Shown: in pieces, positions 56,654 to 64,000 of the stretch | How positions within the stretch are numbered: the stretch's first letter is position 1 | Layout: every line of letters begins with the position of its first letter | Origin: Histomonas meleagridis 2922-C6/04-290x | Lineage: Eukaryota; Protista; Parabasalia | Length of the DNA: 64,000 nt | Reading direction: 5' to 3' | NCBI GenBank assembly: GCA_020184695.1 | Contig: JAANOX010000153.1 | Location: forward strand, 124,001-188,000 | Program-made: the position numbers and the translations under genes | Notes under the pieces: model-generated | Database searches by the model: none | What the model was told of the DNA's origin: nothing | The model's input: the letters and a program-made list of their open reading frames with translations, nothing else

Positions 56654-58270
56654 ATGAGTGAAATTATTGAATATTTAGAAAAGATCGCATCGGAAAATGG
56701 ATTTAAATTGTGCCAATGGTACGTTAAAAATGACATCAGATGCAAACTCTATTGTGAATCAGGAGGTAGAATTCGTAATTTCGTAAAGATCAAAAAAAAA
56801 AGAAAATGTCCATTTATTATAAAAATTACAAAAAAAAGTTCAAATGAATTTAATATATCTCAAAAATCTATATTATCTCATAATCACGACGATAATGAGC
56901 CCATCAGATATTTAAGCGTATTACAAGAAGGCACCAAGGGTGTGATTATCAAAAGATTGGGTGCAATTATTACGCCCACACAAATACAAGATATTATTCG
57001 GATCTTTGCATATGAATTAAATTTTACAACATTCAATATAGCACAAATAATCTATAAAAATAAGCTGAAAAACTTTTTGCCTGAAACTCTTATGCTTCAA
57101 GATTTTGTGAAAGGAAATGGTGGCAAAGTATTTGCATTTGAAATTTAATATTCAAATATGTTATGATAATAACTCAGAAGTAGTTGATGATCTAATCGAA
57201 AAATTACAAACAATACATTCTATAATCAAAAAATACATGGAAGGAAATGTAATTCCTTCGATAACAAAATTTGCTAAATCAAGAATCAATGTTTGCACTA
57301 AAGCAATGAATACCACTAGTAATGCAGAATCAAGAAATAAGATGATTAAATGCAGGTTAAATAAATCGACAAAATATTTGCTTGCAATAAGACAAGCAAT
57401 CAATATATGCTGCGACATGAATGCATATCATTCCAATCTCCAAAAAGATTATAGTAGGAGAAAAATGGAATCACCATTTCCATTTGAATTATGCCCAAAA
57501 ATACATATAGAACTAATGAAAAATTCGGAGAGGGCAAAAAATTATAAAATAACTCAAATGGTGGATAACAATTATATTTGTTGTCTTCCAGAATATAAGG
57601 AAGACTCAATAATGGCCACTCCTGATAAATGTATATGCAATCAACACATGGTTTCAGGAATTTCATGTGTTCACTTAATTTGATAATAATAAAATCAATT
57701 AAGTTGGTCGTTTTATAAATCCATTTTGGATTAAAGAGCAAAATCACCAATTAGATGGTGAAATAGAAGATATAATGGTAAAATTTGATGATGGTGGAAA
57801 AGAAGAATTGATATACTTTGGAGAAGAAAATAATGAAAAAGAAGATATAAGTGAATTAAAAGAAGAAAACCAAAAAGGTAGATATCTTGAATTGCTTCAT
57901 AGAGGGAAAGAGATCGTATCTATTGCGAGTCGTTCGAATGATGCATATCGTGAAACATAAAACAATTAAATAATATATATGAAAATATGCTCGGTATTCA
58001 GGGAGGAGATAATATTGAAGAAATTGATGGACAAATATTTGAAGATGCACCTGGAATTTTAACATGCAGAACTCGAACAACAAAAATTCATCAACAAAGT
58101 GATAATCATTTAAAGATTTGTTGCAATTGCAACATGAAACAAAAGATTGCATTGGCTATAGTGAGTGGGTAAATTTACAACAAAAAACAAGCATGGAAAG
58201 AGGAAGGAGATGTAGTGTATGCAAAGAAATTTGTCATTATGAGAACAATTGTTTATTTAGAAATAAAAGT
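56654..58270 (+). mobile_element. Degraded Mutator-like (MULE) transposase
   Basis: FAR1/WRKY-type N-domain (C..KCPF...SHNH), SWIM finger (CICNQHMVSGISCVHL) and terminal CCHC knuckle (RRCSVCKEICHYENNC) in successive broken frames. The DDE core is not recognisable. Confidence 0.75.
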
Positions 58271-59086
58271 AGAAATATATATTTTGGAAACGAAAATGCA
58301 TACATATTACCGAATTCAAGTATTGTTAAATAATAATTTATCAAGTTTTGCTGTTCATGTAACTATGCTGATTGAGATTAATGAAAAGCATTTGCTGATT
58401 AGCACTTTTGAATATTTTTTTGAAATTTGTTTTAGTTGATTTGTCATTGTTTTTTCTCAGTTGATGCCAATATAATCCACCACAAATTCATATAATATAT
58501 TTTTACGATACAAAATGAAATTTTGTGCTTTTTTCAAAATTCTTCATTCAAGAAGTCATCAATTGATCGTTCAAGCGTTACGATATAAGTACGATATATT
58601 CACAGCACTTCACATTATAAATAATAATTATTTATAAAAAATCTTCAACAAAATGCCATGGCTCGCATGCAAATTGATTTATTTTCATATCATTTAATAT
58701 CTTATGTTCATTATATAATCTAAATAATATAAAAACGAAAAAATTCCAAAAAACTGATGCATATATACCGAAATAGGGATATATACAGTTACACCACTGG
58801 CAGCACTTATCAAAATGTTGGATAATCATATCAATGTCTTCATTATCAATAACTGAACTGGGGACGTAGGAAATATCTCTTGATTTTTCATTCTAAAAAA
58901 TGTATAGAAAAAGTCAATTTTGATCGTGTCACAATCGAAGACGTTAAAATACTTCATATTGACTATACCTCCTCAACTGTTTTCCTTCCGATAATTTCAG
59001 TCAAAAGTCCGGTCGGATACGACTTTTGGGAAGAAAAAAATTCTTTCAAAGCATTCAAATTTTTTTTTTGGAAATAACAATCTTCA

Positions 59087-62000
59087 ATGATTCTATACCT
59101 TTTTGCAAGTTTTTTCAATAAGCATTTGTTAAATATGACGCAACACCTAACAAAGAAATTAATGACAACAAATTCATTTTTTTTTCAAATGTTTAAATTT
59201 CGATATAAATCTTTTTTAAGCATAAAGTCAGAAGAACATAATGTTGCTTTGCTAATTGCCTTACTTATAACAATAATTATCATGATACCTTTCATTAAAA
59301 TAAAAAAAATTATATCAAAATTAATTTACCCAAAAATTCATAGGATTAAAAACTTATACCATACCATTTCCCCTTTTTTGTTTATCTTATTTTTTACCCA
59401 ATCGCTTGAAATATATACTGTTTCAACTCATACTCTTTCAATCTCTACAATTAAAGAATATAATGAAAGAGATACATATAAAAGTTTAACAAGTCATCTT
59501 ACAATAGGTGGTGAAATTAATGAAATTGAATATAGAGCTTTCTATCAATGGTCCTTATTAACTTCAGTTGATATTGGCAACTCTGTTACTTCAATTGGAA
59601 GTTATGCATTTCATTATTGCAATCTATTAAATGAAATCACATTTGGAGAAAATGTAAACACAATTGATGTTAGAGCATTTTATTCTTGTTCTATAACTAA
59701 TATTATAATTCCAAAATCAGTTAATTCAATAGTTGGTGGTGCTTTTGTTGGATGTTCAAAACTTCAATTCGTTACTGTATCGAATGAAAATACTAATTAT
59801 TGTAATGGAAATGATGGATGTCTTTATAATAAAGACTGTACAACAATTCTTTACTATCCTTTGGGTAAAAATGACAAAACATTTGAAATTCCAAATTCAG
59901 TCACAACAATTGGAAGTTATGCATTTCATGATTGTTCATCATTGACAAATATTGTAATACCGGATTCAGTCACAACAATTGGAAGTTATGCATTTTATGA
60001 TTGTTCATCATTGACAAAGATTGTAATTCCAAATTCAGTCACAACAATTGGAAGTTATGCATTTAGTTGTTGTTATGTATTAGAAACAATAGATTTAGGC
60101 GAAAGTATAATAACAATCAAAAGTTTTGCTTTCAGTGAATCTTCATTATCATATATCAATATACCGAATTCTGTTGTATCAATTGAAGATTATGTGTTTT
60201 CTTGTTCTTCATTGAGATCAATTAATTTTGGAAATAATGTAAAAACAATTGGAAATAATGCGTTCGAAGATTGCGGATTAATAAGTATCGTCATTCCAAA
60301 TTCTGTAACATCAATTGGAAATTATACATTTTCATCTTCTACCAGATTAGAAACAGTTACAATTAGTGAAAATGTAAAAGCAATTGGAAATTCTATGTTT
60401 GATGGGTGCTCATCATTATTAAGTATTGCAATTCCAAATCCTGTAACGTTAATTGGATATTATGCATTTAGTGGTTGTTCCAATTTAGCAACAATTACAA
60501 TTGGTGAAAATGTTAAAACTATTGGAAATTCTGCTTTTGAATCATGCACTTCATTAGCAAATATTATAATCCCAAATTCTGTAACATTGATTGGAAATTT
60601 TGCATTCAGAGGATGCACTTTGTTAGAAAATATTATAATTCCAAAATCAGTGAATTCAATTGGTGATGGTGCTTTCACAAGATGTTCAAAACTTCAATAC
60701 ATTACCGTATCTAATGATAACACTAATTATTGTAATGGAAATGATGGATGTCTTTATAATAAAGATTGTTCAATAATTCTTTGGTATCCACCAAGTATAA
60801 ATGATAAAACATTTGAAATTCCAAATACAGTTAATGTAATTGAAAATTATGCATTTTATTATTGTTCATCATTGACAAATATTGTAATTCCAAACTCAGT
60901 CACAATAATTGGAAGTTATGCATTTTATTATTGTTCATCATTGGAAAATATTGAAATTCCAAATTCAGTTACAATAATTGGAAATTATTCATTTTCTTAT
61001 TGTTCATCATTGACAAATATTGTAATTCCAAATTCAGTCACAACAATTGGAAGTTATTCATTACGCTCCTGTTCATCTTTGATAAATGTTGAAATTTCAG
61101 ATTCAGTTGATTCAATTTCAAATTATTTATTTTATCAATGTGAATTATTAGATAATATAATAATACCTAATTCTGTTACTTTAATTGGTAATTATTCATT
61201 TTATCAGTGTTCAACATTAAATAATATTACAATGTCAAATTCTGTTACAACATTTGGACATTATGCATTTTACTATTGTTCATTATTAACAAATATCGTA
61301 ATTCCTGACGTAGTTACAACAATTGGAAATCATGCATTTTATCGTTGTGAATCACTATCAAATATCATAATTCCAAATTTAGTTACAACAATTGGAAATT
61401 ATGCATTTTATTATTGTAAATTATCATCAGTTACAATTGGTGAAAGTGTTACTACAATAGGAAGCCGAGCTTTTTACTATTGTTTTATTACAACCATTTT
61501 CATTCCAAAAGCAGTTTCTTTAATTGGAGATGATGCCTTTATGAACTGCGTATCTCTTCGAAATATTGAAATATCTGATGAAAACAATTATTATTCTGTC
61601 AGCAATGGCATTCTATATAATAAAGATTTTACGACAATTGTTTGTTATCCTGAGGGAATAAGTTCTAAAACATTTAATATACCAAACACAGTTACAACAA
61701 TTGGTACATATTCTATTTTTTATGCTTATTCTTTAACAAGTATTGTAATACCAAATTCAGTCATTACAATTAAAGAACATGCATTTCAATCATGTTATGC
61801 ACTTACAAGTATAGTAATTCCAAATTCAGTTACTTTAATTGGCGATTATGCATTTTATGCTTGTGATAAGTTAGAAACACTTACTATAGGAGATAACGTA
61901 TTGTCAATTGGTATATACTCATTTTGTAATTGTGATAATTTAGAAACAATTACTTTAGGTGAAAGTTTAGTAGAAATTGGCTCCAATTCATTTAATGGAT

Positions 62001-63814
62001 GCAAGATGTCAGATATTGTAATCCCAAATTTATGTCTAATAATCGATAGTTATTCATTCTTTAGTTGTTCAAATTTAGTTACAATTACAATTAATAATAA
62101 TGTTCTGATAATAGGAAGTTATGCATTTAGAGAATGTTCATCATTAACAAATATCGTAATTCCGAATTCAGTTTATTCCATACAAAATTATGTATTTCAA
62201 TCATGCACTAAATTGGAAACAGTTATCATTGGAGAAAATGTTGAGACACTTGGAAACTATTTATTTGATGGTTGTACTTTGTTAAAAAAAATTACAATTC
62301 CAAAGTCAGTATCATCTATTGCATCACTTACTTTTGCATCATCAAATATTCAATACATCAATGTATCTAATGAAAATAATTATTATTCCGACAATAATGG
62401 TATTCTTTATAACAAAGATTTTACATCATTCATTTGTTATCCAATAGGATTAACAAGTGAAACATATAATATACTAAGTTCAGTCATTTCAATTGAAAAT
62501 AATGCGTTTTATCATTGTTCATCATTAGTAAATATAAAAATACCAAGTTTGGTTACAAAATTTGGAAGCTCTGCATTTTCTTATTGTACATCCTTAACAA
62601 ATATTATAATTCCAAATTTGGTTACAAAAATTGAAAGCTCTGCATTTTCTTATTGTTCATCATTAACAAATATTATTATTCCAAATTCAGTTACTTTAAT
62701 TTCAACTTATGCATTTCGTTCGTGTACACAGCTAAATACAGTTACTATTGGTGAAAATGTGAATACAATTTCAAATTATGCATTTCAAGATTGTACTAAT
62801 CTTAAATGTATATATTTTACAGGCAATGAAGCTCCAAATAATATTTATTCATATGCGTTTACTAATGTGCCAGCGGAATCTGTTATGACATCCGATTTAT
62901 ATCAGGGAACAACTTTTGGACCATTAAACGTAGCCAAAGGTTCAACAGTTGGCGAATGTGATTCATATCCATGGCCAACACACACATTCACAGATTCAAA
63001 TACATATTCACAAAGCAATACATTCACTAAATCTAATACATTTTCTCAAAGTAATACATATACTAAATCAAAAGCATTTACACAAAGTAATACATTTACT
63101 GAATCAAATCCATTTTCTCAAAGTAATACATATACTAAATCAAAAGTATTTACACAAAGTAATACATTCACTAAATCAAGAGCATTTACACAAAGTAATA
63201 CATTTACTGAATCAAATCCATTTTCTCAAAGTAATATATTCACTAAATCAAAAGTATTTACACAAAGTAATACATTCACTAAATCAAATCCATTTACACA
63301 AAGTAATACATTTAATGAATCAAAACGTTTCGATGAGACATATATTCATACAATATTTATAACCCAATTATACACACAAACAATTATTTCCAAATCTATT
63401 TTTACTAATTCTATTTCTCTTTCTATAATTAATTCATCTTATTATTATGTTGAAACTTTATTCATTTATTATGAATATTTAGTTATTGAATATTCATCAT
63501 ATATTTCATATTGTTCAGGTTTTTATACCGTTTTAAATCAAAATGAAACGAACAACAATCAAATTAATAATCAAAATATTATAATTATTATTTGTGTTTG
63601 TGTTGTAATAGTTATAGTTATTATAATTCTTATTGTAATAATTATTCATTTTCATCACAAGAAACAAATAAATGATGTAAACAGTATGAATGATGTAAAT
63701 GTTACTAATGATAGCACATTTTCAATGAATAACTTTTCCATGAATTTTGCTAATATCGAAGAAGACCCATTTGCAGTTGATTTTAAAGAAAATAAATTTA
63801 ATGGAAATATTTAG
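59087..63814 (+). CDS. BspA-like (TpLRR) type-I surface protein, copy 3 (diverged repeats)
   Basis: Many IPNSVTTIGxYAFxxCSSL repeats, a TxSNxF stalk, a TM helix and a tail with IEEDPFAVDFKE. Confidence 0.92.
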   Translation: MILYLFASFFNKHLLNMTQHLTKKLMTTNSFFFQMFKFRYKSFLSIKSEEHNVALLIALLITIIIMIPFIKIKKIISKLIYPKIHRIKNLYHTISPFLFILFFTQSLEIYTVSTHTLSISTIKEYNERDTYKSLTSHLTIGGEINEIEYRAFYQWSLLTSVDIGNSVTSIGSYAFHYCNLLNEITFGENVNTIDVRAFYSCSITNIIIPKSVNSIVGGAFVGCSKLQFVTVSNENTNYCNGNDGCLYNKDCTTILYYPLGKNDKTFEIPNSVTTIGSYAFHDCSSLTNIVIPDSVTTIGSYAFYDCSSLTKIVIPNSVTTIGSYAFSCCYVLETIDLGESIITIKSFAFSESSLSYINIPNSVVSIEDYVFSCSSLRSINFGNNVKTIGNNAFEDCGLISIVIPNSVTSIGNYTFSSSTRLETVTISENVKAIGNSMFDGCSSLLSIAIPNPVTLIGYYAFSGCSNLATITIGENVKTIGNSAFESCTSLANIIIPNSVTLIGNFAFRGCTLLENIIIPKSVNSIGDGAFTRCSKLQYITVSNDNTNYCNGNDGCLYNKDCSIILWYPPSINDKTFEIPNTVNVIENYAFYYCSSLTNIVIPNSVTIIGSYAFYYCSSLENIEIPNSVTIIGNYSFSYCSSLTNIVIPNSVTTIGSYSLRSCSSLINVEISDSVDSISNYLFYQCELLDNIIIPNSVTLIGNYSFYQCSTLNNITMSNSVTTFGHYAFYYCSLLTNIVIPDVVTTIGNHAFYRCESLSNIIIPNLVTTIGNYAFYYCKLSSVTIGESVTTIGSRAFYYCFITTIFIPKAVSLIGDDAFMNCVSLRNIEISDENNYYSVSNGILYNKDFTTIVCYPEGISSKTFNIPNTVTTIGTYSIFYAYSLTSIVIPNSVITIKEHAFQSCYALTSIVIPNSVTLIGDYAFYACDKLETLTIGDNVLSIGIYSFCNCDNLETITLGESLVEIGSNSFNGCKMSDIVIPNLCLIIDSYSFFSCSNLVTITINNNVLIIGSYAFRECSSLTNIVIPNSVYSIQNYVFQSCTKLETVIIGENVETLGNYLFDGCTLLKKITIPKSVSSIASLTFASSNIQYINVSNENNYYSDNNGILYNKDFTSFICYPIGLTSETYNILSSVISIENNAFYHCSSLVNIKIPSLVTKFGSSAFSYCTSLTNIIIPNLVTKIESSAFSYCSSLTNIIIPNSVTLISTYAFRSCTQLNTVTIGENVNTISNYAFQDCTNLKCIYFTGNEAPNNIYSYAFTNVPAESVMTSDLYQGTTFGPLNVAKGSTVGECDSYPWPTHTFTDSNTYSQSNTFTKSNTFSQSNTYTKSKAFTQSNTFTESNPFSQSNTYTKSKVFTQSNTFTKSRAFTQSNTFTESNPFSQSNIFTKSKVFTQSNTFTKSNPFTQSNTFNESKRFDETYIHTIFITQLYTQTIISKSIFTNSISLSIINSSYYYVETLFIYYEYLVIEYSSYISYCSGFYTVLNQNETNNNQINNQNIIIIICVCVVIVIVIIILIVIIIHFHHKKQINDVNSMNDVNVTNDSTFSMNNFSMNFANIEEDPFAVDFKENKFNGNI

Positions 63815-64000
63815 ACCGAAAATTATCAAAAGCAGATGTTAAAAAAATGAAATTTGAAATTTCTATTCAAAAAATTCATCATTTTAACATTGATTTACCC
63901 TTAACACATATAAAATACTTTATATAAATTTAAAGTTTCTCCAATTAAAGTGTTTTCCACATAAAGTTTTGGAGACAATCAGTGTTATAACATATTATTT

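Overview
AT-rich eukaryotic DNA, most likely from a parabasalid (Tritrichomonas/Histomonas/Trichomonas-like). The basis is the BspA-like LRR surface-protein family, a DUF3447-type ankyrin gene, TCA(C/T)T initiator elements just upstream of ATGs, almost intron-free genes and one trichomonad-type spliceosomal intron. Housekeeping genes include CDC16/APC6, ornithine decarboxylase, NAA10, an LRR-PP2C, Raptor, a Yak1/HIPK-like kinase, a TM-anchored Hsp70, an alpha/beta-hydrolase, a Rab32/38-like GTPase, a GCFC-domain protein and tRNA-Arg(TCT). Accessory content includes three long BspA-like genes (one with 26 x 138-bp repeats), two BspA relics, a bacterial-type dynamin, a decayed GH110-like beta-helix gene, a MULE transposase relic and a 27-bp satellite. 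The standout is the ankyrin gene at 43431-45836 (minus strand). Its seven beta-hairpin-coding segments are each broken into single codons separated by AT-rich 17-nt non-GT-AG inserts (3/17/3/17/3/17/3/17/3). Removing all 27 inserts by hand gives a stop-free 648-aa ankyrin protein with consensus hairpins and a C-terminal TM helix. This points to an unexplained RNA-processing, recoding or DNA-excision system.
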